A stretch of DNA of 64,000 nucleotides, taken from positions 672,001 to 736,000 of the forward strand of contig CBDCOZ010000003.1 in the NCBI GenBank assembly GCA_965220085.1, written 5' to 3'. The DNA is from Candidatus Oxydemutatoraceae bacterium. Lineage in GTDB: Bacteria > Pseudomonadota > Gammaproteobacteria > Poriferisulfidales > Oxydemutatoraceae. Of the stretch, positions 19,419-30,252 are shown piece by piece. Both the position numbers and the translations under genes were made by a program. Position 1 is the first letter of the stretch; every line of letters starts with the position of its first letter. Below the pieces are notes generated by a model. The model saw only the letters and a list, made by a program, of their open reading frames with translations, did no database searches and was not told the DNA's origin.

Positions 19419-20584
19419 TGGAAACTTCACATAGGAGATATTTAAAAATGTTTACAGCACTTACATCCATGCGCCGCCTTGCGGGCATAGCGGGCGCTTC
19501 GCCGCATAGGCTTGCCGGCCGCTTTTTATCACCGACACATCGCGACTCGCCATCCGTCGTAGCGCGGTTGCATCGCCCGGCTGTGGTCTGGCTGTTGCTT
19601 CCGCTGGCGCTGCTGTCCGCTCTGGCCTCCCCCGCGTTCGCGCAGTCGCTCAGCTTTGCATTTGATCTGAGTGATCGGGTAACGGTCACAGGCCGGACCA
19701 TAAGCTGGCAGTTGCCCGCAGTTCGGCAGAGCGGCGCCTACGCCTATGCGCTCGCACCCGCAACCCTGCCCGCAGGGATGACATTCTCCGCCGCCACCCG
19801 GCAAATTACGGGCACAGTCACAGCCGCCATGGCCAAAACGGAGTACACATACACCGCCACCAACGCAGACGGCGGCTCGGTGAGCGGGACTTTCGCCATT
19901 GAAGTGTTTCAGGGGCCCACATGGGAAGCCAGAGTTGGCTTCTCCCTCGCCACAACACTAGCCACTCTGGCAGTAGCTCAGGACTTGGGGGGCGATAATC
20001 AAATTTGGCTGGCGGGCGAGGCTTTGCCTGGCATGTCGATCAACCCCGTTGGCGGCACCATACCATATGCCTATACGCTATCGCCCGCGACCCTGCCCGC
20101 CGGTGTGACCGGCGCAATAAACCCTCAAATTACTGACTGGTTTCAGTTTTCCGGAACACCGACAGAAGCCATGCCCACCACCACCTACACGCTGACGGCG
20201 ACGGATTCGGCCAGCCCTCCGGTGTCCGTCGATTACACCTTCACCATCACGGTGGAAGCCGATACCGCGCCCGATTTTGGCGATGCATCGGTGGGCACCC
20301 GTATTTGGCCGCCCGGCACGACCGCAACGCTGGTATTGCCCGCAGCCACCGGCGGCAATGGCGCCATCACCTATGCGATCACTCCGAATCTGCCCGACGG
20401 CCTCGCCTTTGATGCCGACACCCGCACCATCAGCGGCGCACCCTCAACCGCTACGGCCGTCGCCGAATACACCCTCACCGCCACCGACGACGAAGGCGAC
20501 ACGGGCACGCTGACCTTCGGCATAGACGCGATGCACCCCATGCGCTTGCGTCTGCGCCTCTTCTTAGAAGGCCCGTTGCGGTAG
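19418..20584 (+). CDS. FLEGPLR-tag family protein F, three putative-Ig (He_PIG-like) repeats
   Basis: TAATG coupling to E. LPAGMTFSAATRQITGT, LPDGLAFDADTRTISGAP and YTLTATD repeats. Ends MRLRLRLFLEGPLR*. Confidence 0.85.
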   Translation: METSHRRYLKMFTALTSMRRLAGIAGASPHRLAGRFLSPTHRDSPSVVARLHRPAVVWLLLPLALLSALASPAFAQSLSFAFDLSDRVTVTGRTISWQLPAVRQSGAYAYALAPATLPAGMTFSAATRQITGTVTAAMAKTEYTYTATNADGGSVSGTFAIEVFQGPTWEARVGFSLATTLATLAVAQDLGGDNQIWLAGEALPGMSINPVGGTIPYAYTLSPATLPAGVTGAINPQITDWFQFSGTPTEAMPTTTYTLTATDSASPPVSVDYTFTITVEADTAPDFGDASVGTRIWPPGTTATLVLPAATGGNGAITYAITPNLPDGLAFDADTRTISGAPSTATAVAEYTLTATDDEGDTGTLTFGIDAMHPMRLRLRLFLEGPLR

Positions 20585-20657
20585 CGCGAATCGCCGCCGG
20601 CGGCGAACATGATATTTGCCCCGCGCGTCCGATAGGTCACGGCAATCCTACAGGCGC

Positions 20658-20685
20658 TTGCAAATGATTTGCACTGTGGTATAGT
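20658..20685 (+). promoter_or_regulatory. Family promoter TTGCAA-N16-TATAGT
   Basis: Conserved motif. Confidence 0.6.
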
Positions 20686-20895
20686 GCGGTTCAGAAAGGA
20701 TGGTCGGAGACGCCAGCGCTGTTTTTCTTGCAAAAGGCTTGCGCTTTAGCAGATTACAGCACTAAGAGTACCGACATTAAATAATCCGCAAACAGTTTGT
20801 GGAGCGCAAACAATACTCAATTGTTTGCGGCTTCTTAAATTGTTTGTGTACATAATGATTGTATTTACCGGAGGTAAACCATGAGGAGTAATAGC

Positions 20896-22889
20896 ATGAA
20901 CCGACAAACTTCTGATACTTCCCCCTCTAGCAGGCGGAAGCGATCGCATTTTCGAGCATATATCTTGAAATACAAAACCTTTAATACCCCCCCCCCCCCC
21001 CCCCTCCTCCTGTAGCCACTGAACAGCGGTTCAGTTGCCGCAGCCTTCGGTCGCTGACCATCCTCACTTTGTTTGCGTTGTGCGCTCAGGCACAGGCGGC
21101 CACGCCAGTGCCCAAGGACAGTAGCATAGATGTGTATATATCTGCCACCGCCACCAACCCGTACACTTTCAAGGCCGGTGATTTCCCGTTTGAAGATGCC
21201 GATGGCGATGCTCTTTCAAGCATCAGCATAGAGACCCTGCCCGATAAGGGTACCCTGCGGGTGGGCGAATCAGATGCCACCCAGTTCCAGCAAGTGACCG
21301 CCGCCGCCATCCCCACCATCACCTGGCGCCCCGCATTGAATCAGTCCGCAGGCAACAACCACACCAGCTTCACATTTGGCGTACACACCAGGGGCAGAAG
21401 CATAATGACCGGCACCGTCACCATCAACCTCATATATGTGAATTCTCCCGCCACCGGCGCCATTATCATTCTGGACACAGGCGGCTTTGCCCTGACCGAC
21501 ACCCACGCACCGGACGAACACGAGGCTCTGGCCGCCCGCGCGGACTCCATAACCGATGCCGACGGCTTGAATGTCAACCTGACCTCAAGCCAGCGATGGC
21601 AATGGAGCGCGGATGACGCGGGCAACGGCGTATTCGCCGCCATCGCCGGAGCCACCATGAGCACCTTCACCCCCCGGGCCGGGCATACGGGCAATGCCCT
21701 GCAGGTCTGCTACAGCTTCACCGATGACCGCGGCGGCATGGAGCAGGTGTGCGCCACCACTCAGCCAGTCGCCGATGTGAACAGCGCTCCGGTGGCCATA
21801 GACAACACCGTATCCGTGCCCTGGACCGCCACCGAGAATGCCCAATTCTCCATGAACCTGAACCACTTCACCTTTGAGGATGCCGACCATCATGGCCTGC
21901 ACAGCCTCATCATAACCGCGCTGCCATCAAGGGGCACTCTTACCTTCGCCGGCGTCACTGTGAGATCTTCATTTCTGCCTTCCCAACTAAGCAGATCCGG
22001 TCTCGTTGCGGGCCGCCTCGCATACTATCCGGCGCCAAATGTGGCTCAACAGGCCGCCGCAGGGTACGACAGCTTCACCTTTCAAGTGGTCGACAATGGC
22101 CCCGGCGCAGAAGCCAGCAGCGCATCCGCCACCCTGACCATAGATCTGGTGGCCCCGGCAATGCAGATGCCAGCCACTGGCATGCCCAGCATCATCGGAG
22201 TTCTGGACCCGGTCACCGGCGGCTATCAGGAAGGCCAAATTTTGGCCTCTAACACAGTTGGAATAGACGACCCCAACGGCATAAACCAGCAGACCCTGAC
22301 AAGGGAATGGCAGGTATCTGCCACCGAGAACGGACCCTGGACCCAGGAATCAAGCAGCTTATTGCTGCTGGAACAAAAGCATGTGGGCGGGTATGTGCGC
22401 TTGTGCATCAGCTTTGATGACCTGCACCCCGCCCCCAACAGAGAGGGGCCTTTGTGCACCATGGCTTTCCCCGTTGCCAACCTCGGCGACCAGCCAATAC
22501 CGCAAGACCGCACCATCCAGGTGCGATTGGATGCCAGCATGGCAAGCCCCTACAGATTCACCGCAGCCGACTTCCCATTCGAGGATGAGGATAACGACGG
22601 CCTTGCAAGCATCACCCTGGAATCAATCCCTGCCGTCGGCACGTTGCGCGTGGGCGATGCCGCCGCCGTCGTCGGGCAGGTTGTGGATGTCGACGACATC
22701 CCCGCCATTAACTATTACCCGGAGCCCGGTCAAGCCTCCGCTGAGGGCTACGCCTCTTTCAGATTCAGGTTAACCGACGACAGCAACGACGGCGGGCGCA
22801 GTGACAGCTTAGGGGCTGGCACCATCACCATAAATCTGGGGGGGCTTACCTTGCGCTTGCGCCTCTTCCTGGAAGGGCCGTTGCGGTAA
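20896..22889 (+). CDS. FLEGPLR-tag family protein G; poly-C18 frameshift (OFF; +1 or -2 restores frame)
   Basis: MNRQTSDTS leader, C18 at 20987-21004, TAG at 21013. The shifted frame gives VATEQRFSCRSLRSLTILTLFALCAQAQA, then five alternating cadherin/Ig-like modules. Confidence 0.8.
20987..21004 (+). repeat. Poly-C18 tract
   Basis: Direct count. Confidence 0.9.
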
Positions 22890-22932
22890 TGCGAAACGCA
22901 CTTTATGCACAAACCATATCAGGAGTAGAACT

Positions 22933-23060
22933 ATGAACAGACAAATTTTTGATACGCGCCCGCGCAGTCTTGTAAGTAAGGGGATTGACTGGCGACCGGC
23001 AATGACCCGGTTTAGCCTCCAGTCGCCGATTGCGTCTTCATGCAGGATGTCTCATTCGCG
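22933..23060 (+). pseudogene. Leader-only remnant of a family gene (E-like N-terminus)
   Basis: AGGAG RBS and MNRQIFDT...TRFSLQSPIASS, matching the leader of E; then runs abruptly into the copy of 15931-16270. Confidence 0.7.
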
Positions 23061-23410
23061 GGAGAAGGCGCTAGTTTGTATCCGTTGTTTTCTTTGGGCA
23101 CAAAACCGAAGGCGAATCATGCCGGAAACATTGCGGATTGCCGGCTTCAAGCCGCAATATCAGCGGCGCCGGCAGCAACGATTTCCATATAAATAGCCGC
23201 TTTCGCCGCAAAAGAGGCGGCTATCGGTGATAAGGCCAAAGCGCGAAGCCTTGCGCCGTATGTCCCATATGTCATGGCGATTCTACAGGCGCTTGCAAAT
23301 GATTTGCACTGTGGTATAGTGCGGTTCAGAAAGGATGGTCGGAGACGCCAGTGCTGTTTTTCTTGCAAAAGGCTTGCACTTTAGCAGACTACGGCATACG
23401 GCTAAGAGTA
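23058..23410 (+). repeat. Diverged duplicate of 15931-16295 (last rnr codons, intergenic repeat, family promoter at 23293-23320)
   Basis: CGGGAGAA(A/G)GCGCTAGTT..TATCCGTTGTTTTCTTTGGGCA.AAAACCGAAGGCGAATCATGCC... is shared. Confidence 0.85.
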
Positions 23411-23586
23411 CCGACATTAAATAATCCGCAAACAGTTTGTGGAGCGCAAACAGTGATGGAACGCAAACAATTTGAGGAACCACAAACAATAGTATTGTTT
23501 GTGCTCTTATATCGTTTGTGCCTCTAAATACTGTTTGTGTACATAATGATTGCATTTACCGGAGATAAACCATGAGGAGTAATAGC

Positions 23587-24787
23587 ATGAACCGACAAAA
23601 TTTTAATACTGCCTCCTTTAACAGGAGGAAGCGATCGCATTTTCGAGCATATATCTTGAAATACAAAACCTTTAATACCCCCCCCCCCCCCCCCCCGCTA
23701 TGTAAATAAGGGGGTTGCCAGCGTTTCGCTGTATCGCCTTCTCACCCGTTTTTTATCACCGACACATCGCGACTTGCCATCCGTCGGAGCACGGTTGCAT
23801 CGTCTGGCCGCGGCCGGGCTGCCGGTTGCGCTATTGTTGCTGTCTGTTGCGGCCTCCCCCGCGCTCGCGCAGAGCAGCTTTGATGGCAGCCTACCGGATC
23901 GGAGGTCTGCCACAAATGTTAGCGTATTCTGGACTCTCCCCAAAGCTCTTCCGGAAGGCGCCTACACCTATGCGCTTGCGCCCGCCACCCTGCCTGCGGG
24001 CCTGACATTCTCGGCCTCCACCCGGCGAATCACGGGTACGACCACAGCCGCCATGGCCGAAACGGAGTACACATACACCGCCACCGCCGCAGACGGCGGC
24101 ACACTGAGCGGGACTTTCACCATTGAAGTATTGCGGGGGCCCACATGGCTTCTGGGCGCCAGGTTCTCTACTCTGATGTCTACCCAGGAGTTGGGGGGCG
24201 ATAATCAGATTTGGCTGGCGGGCGAGGCTTTGCCGGGTTCTTATGAAATCTTCCCCAGTGGCGGCGTTAGGCCCTACACCTATACCCTGTCACCCGCGAC
24301 CCTGCCTGCCGGTGTGACCGGCGCAAGCAACGATCTTGGCTTTTTTGAGTTTTCCGGAACACCGACAGAAGCCATGCCCACCACCACTTATACGCTGACG
24401 GCGACGGATTCGGCCAGCCCCCCGGTGTCCGCCGCATACACTTTCACCATCACGGTGGAAGCCGATACCGCGCCCGATTTTGGCGATGCATCGGTCGGCA
24501 CCCGTATTTGGCCGCCCGGCACGACCGCAACGCTGGTATTGCCCGCAGCCACCGGCGGCAATGGCACCCTCACCTATGCGATCACTCCGGATCTGCCCGA
24601 CGGCCTCGCCTTTGATGCCGACACCCGCACCATCAGCGGCGCACCCTCAACCGCTACGGCCGTCGCCGAATACACCCTCACCGCCACCGACGACGAAGGC
24701 GACACGGGCACGCTGACCTTCGGCATAGACGCGATGCACCCCATGCGCTTGCGTCTGCGCCTCTTCTTAGAAGGCCCGTTGCGGTAG
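23587..24787 (+). CDS. FLEGPLR-tag family protein H, paralog of F; poly-C19 frameshift (OFF; -1 restores frame)
   Basis: MNRQNFNTAS leader, C19 at 23678-23696, then CTA TGT AAA TAA. Body is He_PIG-like, with the 3' half nearly identical to F. Confidence 0.8.
23678..23696 (+). repeat. Poly-C19 tract
   Basis: Direct count. Confidence 0.9.
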
Positions 24788-24983
24788 CGCGAATCGCCGC
24801 CGGCGGCGAACATGATATTTGCCCCGCGCGTCCGATAGGTCACGGCATCCTGCGGAAGGTATGCATTCCGTATGGTAGTATTAGCCCTGTCACGGGCTGT
24901 TTTCGGCTTTCTGATAAAAGTCTTCGCGTGATGATGCGGGTCAAGCCGATGGTAATACATTCAAAGTTGAACATATCTTTTTC

Positions 24984-26303
24984 ATGGACGATAGCTTAAA
25001 GTTAGGCGCTTCTAAGCGCTATCCGCGCTTGCATCGCTACTCCGGTTGCGATCAGGGACTCAATCCGAACGATGTGTGCCCCGAGGCATTCGGGGTCATC
25101 AAGCGATTGCAAGAGGCCGGTTATTCGAGCTATATCGTCGGCGGCGGCGTGCGCGATATGTTGCTCGGCAGGGAGCCGAAAGACTTTGACATCGCCACCG
25201 CGGCGCGGCCCAAGCAAGTGCGGCGATTGTTTTCAAATTCGCGATTGATCGGGCGGCGTTTCAAACTGGCGCACATCTATTCCGGCAATACGGTTACCGA
25301 GGTGGCGACATTTCGCCGCGGCGTCGGCGATGCCGATGACATCGGCGATAGGCAAGCGCATCGGGTCACTTCCGGCGGGCGTATCGTCAGAGACAATGTG
25401 TACGGCTCTATCGAGGAGGATGCTGTGCGTCGCGATTTCACTGTTAATTCCATGTATTACGACCCGTGCTCGGACAAATTGATGTGCCACGAACAGGCGC
25501 TGAAGGATATACGCAATCGCTGCTTGCGCCTGATCGGCGAACCCGAGAAGCGGTATCGCGAAGACCCGGTGCGCATGTTGCGCGCCTTGCGCTTTTCGGC
25601 AAAACTCGGATTTAACCTTGAGGGGGCGGTGGGAAAAGGCATTACCGCGCAGCGCAAGTTGCTCTATGATGTGTCTGCGGCGCGGTTGTTTGATGAGGTC
25701 GTCAAGCTGTTTCACAGCGGCAGCGCCGAGAAGAGTTACCGGCTGTTGCGCCGCTATGATCTGCTTGAGATATTGTTTCCGTTGACCGTGGCTTCTTTCA
25801 AAGACAAAGAAATGGGCGCCCGTTACGAGCGTTTTCTGCAACAGATGTTTGTCAATACCGATGCCAGGATTGAGAAGGACTTGCCGGTGACGCCCGGGTT
25901 TATCATTTCCGGCCTGTGGTGGCTGCCGGTGCGGCACAGGTTGCGGCAGGCGGTTGCCGAAGGCGCTACGTCGCATAATGGCTTGGTGTGGGCGATACGC
26001 GATGTCGTCGCGCAATCGCATTATCGGGTATCGGTGCCGATGCGTTTGCGCGCGGTGGCGCGCGATATTTTGACGCTGCTCCCCCAGTTTGAAAAGTTTC
26101 AAAAAAAGTGCGTTTATCGGACGCTGGAGCATCCTCGCTTCCGCGCCGCATACGATATGTTTTGTCTGCTGGCACAGAGCGGGCTTGCGGATGTCCGTGC
26201 CGGCGAGTGGTGGACAGAGATACAAACCCTTGACGCGGATGCGCGGGAAGAGATGATCGAGCGGCGCGCGCAACGCAAGAAAAAGAGGCGCAAAGGGTCA
26301 TGA
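24984..26303 (+). CDS. pcnB: Poly(A) polymerase I
   Basis: VGGGVRD, PKDFDIAT, LIGRRFKLAH, RRDFTVN, EDPVRMLRA; upstream of folK. Confidence 0.93.
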   Translation: MDDSLKLGASKRYPRLHRYSGCDQGLNPNDVCPEAFGVIKRLQEAGYSSYIVGGGVRDMLLGREPKDFDIATAARPKQVRRLFSNSRLIGRRFKLAHIYSGNTVTEVATFRRGVGDADDIGDRQAHRVTSGGRIVRDNVYGSIEEDAVRRDFTVNSMYYDPCSDKLMCHEQALKDIRNRCLRLIGEPEKRYREDPVRMLRALRFSAKLGFNLEGAVGKGITAQRKLLYDVSAARLFDEVVKLFHSGSAEKSYRLLRRYDLLEILFPLTVASFKDKEMGARYERFLQQMFVNTDARIEKDLPVTPGFIISGLWWLPVRHRLRQAVAEGATSHNGLVWAIRDVVAQSHYRVSVPMRLRAVARDILTLLPQFEKFQKKCVYRTLEHPRFRAAYDMFCLLAQSGLADVRAGEWWTEIQTLDADAREEMIERRAQRKKKRRKGS

Positions 26304-26803
26304 CAAAGACGACGGTTTGCGCCGCCATCGCCTTGGGCGCGAATTTGGGCGATGCGGAAAAGACGCTTGATTGCGCGGTCAAGCAACTTGCGCAACTTGA
26401 GGGCTCGGAATTGATAGCGTGTTCCGGCACATACCACAGCCGCCCTCTCGACCTGTCCGATCAACCCGACTATGCGAACAAGGTCGCATTGATTGAGACC
26501 TCGCAAGCGCCGCATCGTTTGCTTGATGCGTTACAAGCCATAGAAGCGCAACACGGGCGTGTTCGGGACGCGCATTGGGGCGCGAGAACCCTTGATCTGG
26601 ACTTGATTACGTACGGGGATACCACGATGAACGATGACAGGCTGACGATTCCGCACCCGTGCGCTCACCGGCGGTCTTTTGTGCTGGAGCCGTTGGCCGA
26701 GATTGCTCCCGACATGGTAATCCCCGGCCGCGGCAGCGCGGCGATGCTGCTGGAAACAGCGAAGGACAACCTCATATATCGGAGGCCCGCCGATGGCGGA
26801 TGA
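26300..26803 (+). CDS. folK: 6-hydroxymethyl-7,8-dihydropterin pyrophosphokinase
   Basis: ALGANLGD, WGARTLDLDL, LTIPHP. Confidence 0.95.
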   Translation: MTKTTVCAAIALGANLGDAEKTLDCAVKQLAQLEGSELIACSGTYHSRPLDLSDQPDYANKVALIETSQAPHRLLDALQAIEAQHGRVRDAHWGARTLDLDLITYGDTTMNDDRLTIPHPCAHRRSFVLEPLAEIAPDMVIPGRGSAAMLLETAKDNLIYRRPADGG

Positions 26804-27458
26804 GCAAAAACCCGATTTTCGTTATATTGCGATAGAGGGCCCGATCGGGGTCGGCAAAAGCAGTTTGGCACAACGGCTGGCGCAAGACTATAAGGCGCGT
26901 CTGATTCTTGAGCGGGTCGATGACAATCCGTTCCTTGAGCCTTTTTATGCCGGCAGAAAGAGCGTGGCGCTGCCGACGCAGTTGCATTTTTTATTGTCGC
27001 GCGTGCAGCAACTCAAGACCCTGAGTCAAGAGGATTTATTTTCGTCCATGAATATCAGTGATTTCGTGATAGAAAAAGACCGTCTGTTTGCTTCCCTGAC
27101 TTTGGATCAACAGCAGTTTGATCTGTATCAGATGCTCTACGAATCGCTGGTCGGGAATTATGTCAAACCGGATTTGATCGTGTATTTGCAAGCGCCGGTC
27201 GAAGTTTTGATCAAGCGGATATTAAAACGCGGACGGCATTTTGAGAGAGAAATAGAAGAGGGCTATTTGCAGAGTTTGAGCGCGGCATATAGCGATTTTT
27301 TCTACCACTATGACGAGCAGCCGCTGCTGATTATCAATGTCGGCGATATTGATTTTGTTGAGAATGAAATAGAATATCGCAACTTGAAGCGGGCGATTTT
27401 ATCGACCAACGGCGGCAAAAAATATTACAATCCGTTGAAAACCGGCATAAGTTTATAG
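26793..27458 (+). CDS. Deoxynucleoside kinase family protein
   Basis: IAIEGPIGVGKSSL P-loop, NPFLEPFY, RILKRGR; typical position between folK and panB. Confidence 0.9.
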   Translation: MADEQKPDFRYIAIEGPIGVGKSSLAQRLAQDYKARLILERVDDNPFLEPFYAGRKSVALPTQLHFLLSRVQQLKTLSQEDLFSSMNISDFVIEKDRLFASLTLDQQQFDLYQMLYESLVGNYVKPDLIVYLQAPVEVLIKRILKRGRHFEREIEEGYLQSLSAAYSDFFYHYDEQPLLIINVGDIDFVENEIEYRNLKRAILSTNGGKKYYNPLKTGISL

Positions 27459-27468
27459 TGTTAGAGCG

Positions 27469-28263
27469 ATGAAGAATTCCGATGATGCGGTAACGCTGCC
27501 CGCGCTGTTTGAGATGAAGCAAGCGGGCGAACCGATCGTATGTTTGACCGCATACGATGCTTCCTTTGCGCGGCTGATGGACAAAGCCTCGGCGGATGTC
27601 ATTCTGGTCGGCGATTCGCTGGGGATGGTTGTGCAGGGCCATGACTCGACCAATTTTGTTTCGGTGAGCGATATTATTTATCACTGCCGCTGTGTCAGAC
27701 GGGCGACCAAGCGCGCTTACCTGATCGCAGATATGCCGTTTATGAGTATCAGCACGCCGGGGCAAGCGCTGTATAACGCGCGCCGGATAATGCAAGAAGG
27801 CGGCGCCAAGATGGTCAAGGTAGAGGTCGATCAGAAAGCGCTCGGAATCATTCGGGCGCTAAGCGACCGCTCGGTTCCGGTGTGCGCGCATATCGGTTTG
27901 TTGCCGCAACAGGAATACCAAAAAGGCGATATGGGCATCCGCGGCAAGACACACGCCGCCGCCGCCGCCTTGCTTGCTCATGCGCAGCAATGCGCGGAAC
28001 ACGGCGCCGACATACTCCTGATGGAATGTATTTCCGCCGATCTGGCGCGGCAAATTACGCAGACGCTCTCGGTGCCCGTTATCGGTATCGGGTGCGGGCC
28101 CGATTGCGACGGGCAGATACTGGTGATGCACGACGTCATCGGCGCCAGCAAACAATGCCCTCACTTTGCCCATAATTTTTTGCGCGCGGCCTCCTCGCTG
28201 GAAGAGGCATTCGCCGACTACATTGCTGCGGTCAGAACCAAACAATTTCCGCCAAGCGGCTAA
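27469..28263 (+). CDS. panB: 3-methyl-2-oxobutanoate hydroxymethyltransferase
   Basis: LTAYDA, LVGDSLGMV, ADMPF, HIGLLPQ. Confidence 0.95.
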   Translation: MKNSDDAVTLPALFEMKQAGEPIVCLTAYDASFARLMDKASADVILVGDSLGMVVQGHDSTNFVSVSDIIYHCRCVRRATKRAYLIADMPFMSISTPGQALYNARRIMQEGGAKMVKVEVDQKALGIIRALSDRSVPVCAHIGLLPQQEYQKGDMGIRGKTHAAAAALLAHAQQCAEHGADILLMECISADLARQITQTLSVPVIGIGCGPDCDGQILVMHDVIGASKQCPHFAHNFLRAASSLEEAFADYIAAVRTKQFPPSG

Positions 28264-28314
28264 AGCGGTCTGTTTCCCCGGCGATTACGATATGTCAAAG
28301 CGCTCTCAAAAGCT

Positions 28315-29157
28315 ATGATGCATGTGGCAAAAACAGTTGCCGAAGCGCAAGCGCTGACGGCCCCATGGCGAGCCGACGATCGGCGCATTGCTTTTATACC
28401 GACGATGGGCAATCTGCATCCGGGGCATATCAGTCTGGTTGAGATCGCAAAAAAAACGGCCGACAAGGTTGTCGTCGCCATATTTATAAACCCCCGTCAA
28501 TTTGATAACGAAGAAGATTTCATCGCCTATCCCAAGACCGAAAGCGAAGATTTGAAAGCGTTGCGGGCGGTCGCTACCGACATGGTATTTATGCCGTCCG
28601 TGGAAGAAGTCTATCCGCCGGGGGGGGGTGAGATCGTCAGCGCCGGCGCGCTGGGAAAAGAATTATGCGGGAAGTTTCGCCCGGGACACTTTGACGGCAT
28701 GGCGACGGTCGTCGTGCGTCTGTTTGATATCGTGCGGCCGCATGTTACGGTTTTTGGCCGCAAGGATTATCAGCAGTTATGCATCGTGAAGCAGCTTGTC
28801 AAAGACCGCGGATACGATATCGAGGTCGCGGAAGCGCCGACCGTTCGTACGCCGCAGGGGCTTGCGATGAGTTCCAGAAACAGCCGCATGACACCGGCTC
28901 AGATACAACGGGCGTCTGTTCTGTGCCAGACATTGCAAACTATCGCGGCAGGCATCCGTGGCGGCGACGCTATTGCCTCATTGATTGAACAAGCGACGGG
29001 CGCGTTGGAAAAGAGCGGCTTTCGCCCCGAATACATCGAAGTCAGGGATGCCGATACATTGTCGCCCGTCGCGACAACGGCGGCGCGGCCGCTTATCATT
29101 CTTGCCGCCGCCTGGTTGGGAAAAGCAAGGCTGATAGATAACTTACTAGCGGAGTAA
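28315..29157 (+). CDS. panC: Pantoate-beta-alanine ligase
   Basis: PTMGNLHPGH, RPGHFDG, FGRKDYQQ, GLAMSSRN, RLIDN. Confidence 0.96.
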   Translation: MMHVAKTVAEAQALTAPWRADDRRIAFIPTMGNLHPGHISLVEIAKKTADKVVVAIFINPRQFDNEEDFIAYPKTESEDLKALRAVATDMVFMPSVEEVYPPGGGEIVSAGALGKELCGKFRPGHFDGMATVVVRLFDIVRPHVTVFGRKDYQQLCIVKQLVKDRGYDIEVAEAPTVRTPQGLAMSSRNSRMTPAQIQRASVLCQTLQTIAAGIRGGDAIASLIEQATGALEKSGFRPEYIEVRDADTLSPVATTAARPLIILAAAWLGKARLIDNLLAE

Positions 29158-29406
29158 GTGGATACTCTGTCATCGCTGTATCAAGCCATTGAGTCCTTCG
29201 GGATACATCGCGGCGGCTGGCTGTTTGTCGCGATATTGTCGGTGATACCGGCGCTCGTCAGCGGCAACATGTTTGTTTTGTGTTTGTCCGAAGTCTTAAA
29301 CCGCAACGTGTCTTTGCAGGCGGCGCGGAAGCCTTTGCTGGCCAATTTTGCCGTGGCGCTTGTCAGTGCGTCGGTTATCGCTATCGCAACATATATGTGC
29401 TTGTAG
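29158..29406 (+). CDS. Small hypothetical membrane protein (2 TM)
   Basis: GTG directly after the panC stop, with GGAG RBS; two hydrophobic stretches. Confidence 0.5.
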   Translation: MDTLSSLYQAIESFGIHRGGWLFVAILSVIPALVSGNMFVLCLSEVLNRNVSLQAARKPLLANFAVALVSASVIAIATYMCL

Positions 29407-29743
29407 GAGCGGCGCTCGTCAGCGGCAACATGTTTGTTTTGTGTTTGTCCGAAGTCTTAAACCGCAACGTGTCTTTGCAGGCGGCGCGGAAGCCTTTGCT
29501 GGCCAATTTTGCCGTGGCGCTTGTCAGTGCGTCGGTTATCGCTATCGCAACATATATGTGCTTGTAGGAGCGGCGCTCGTTAGCGGCAACATGTTTGTTT
29601 TGTGTTTGTCCGAAGTCTTAAACCGCAACGTGTCTTTGCAGGCGGCGCGGAAGCCTTTGCTGGCCAATTTTGCCGTGGCGCTTGTCAGTGCGTCGGTTAT
29701 CGCTATCGCAACATATATGTGCTTGTAGGAGCGGCGCTCGTCA
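29250..29743 (+). repeat. Three tandem 161-bp near-identical repeats (3' part of the small gene)
   Basis: GCGCTCGT(C/T)AGCGGCAACATG at 29251, 29412 and 29573; partial copy at 29734. Confidence 0.92.
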
Positions 29744-29802
29744 AACGGTTTGTTGCTCCGAATCAGCCGGAGCACTTTATAATGGGGCGTATCAACCGCT
29801 AT

Positions 29803-29875
29803 GCCGGAGTAGCACAATCGGTAGTGCAGCGCATTTGTAATGCGAAGGTTGGGGGTTCAATTCCTCTCTCCGGCA
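29803..29875 (+). tRNA. tRNA-Thr(TGT)
   Basis: GCCGGAG acceptor stem, loop TTTGTAA, GGTTCAATTCC. Confidence 0.92.
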
Positions 29876-29904
29876 CCGTCTGTTGCGGCAAGACAAATGC
29901 AAAA

Positions 29905-30252
29905 GGTGAGTCGGTCTGTAAGCCGGGTTCTGTCGCGGACGATCATTCATCTGGGATCTGCGTCTCCGCAAACCTCAAGCAGTCTACCCGGAGGCATAAC
30001 ACGGACCATGTTTGCGTATAACGCGCGCCTCTCTATTTAACCTTGCTCCGGACGGGGTTTGCCATGCCGTTGGTGTCTCCACCAACGCGGTGCGCTCTTA
30101 CCGCACCTTTTCACCCTTGCCCTGAAAGTCAGGGCGGTATATTTTCTGTTGCACTTTCCATAGACTCGCGTCTTCCGGGAGTTACCCGGCGTCCTTGTCC
30201 TGAGGAGCCCGGACTTTCCTCCGCAATATGCGGCGATCGCCCGACCGACTCC
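29905..30252 (-). ncRNA. rnpB: RNase P RNA (type A)
   Basis: Minus strand has GAGGAAAGTCCGGGCTCC and ACAGAACCCGGCTTA; terminal GAGTCGGTC/GACCGACTC P1 pairing. Confidence 0.95.

Noticed and set aside
16340-24787. Integron, shufflon or DGR interpretation of the array
   Set aside because: No integrase, invertase or reverse transcriptase is present in the window. There are no attC-like sites, and paralog differences are not visibly adenine-restricted.
28620-28628. G9 run in panC as a phase-variation tract
   Set aside because: It is short, in frame (PPGGGE) and mid-gene in a housekeeping enzyme.
29280-30021. Overlapping ORFs over the 161-bp repeats, tRNA-Thr and rnpB
   Set aside because: By-products of the triplication and of overlap with RNA genes.
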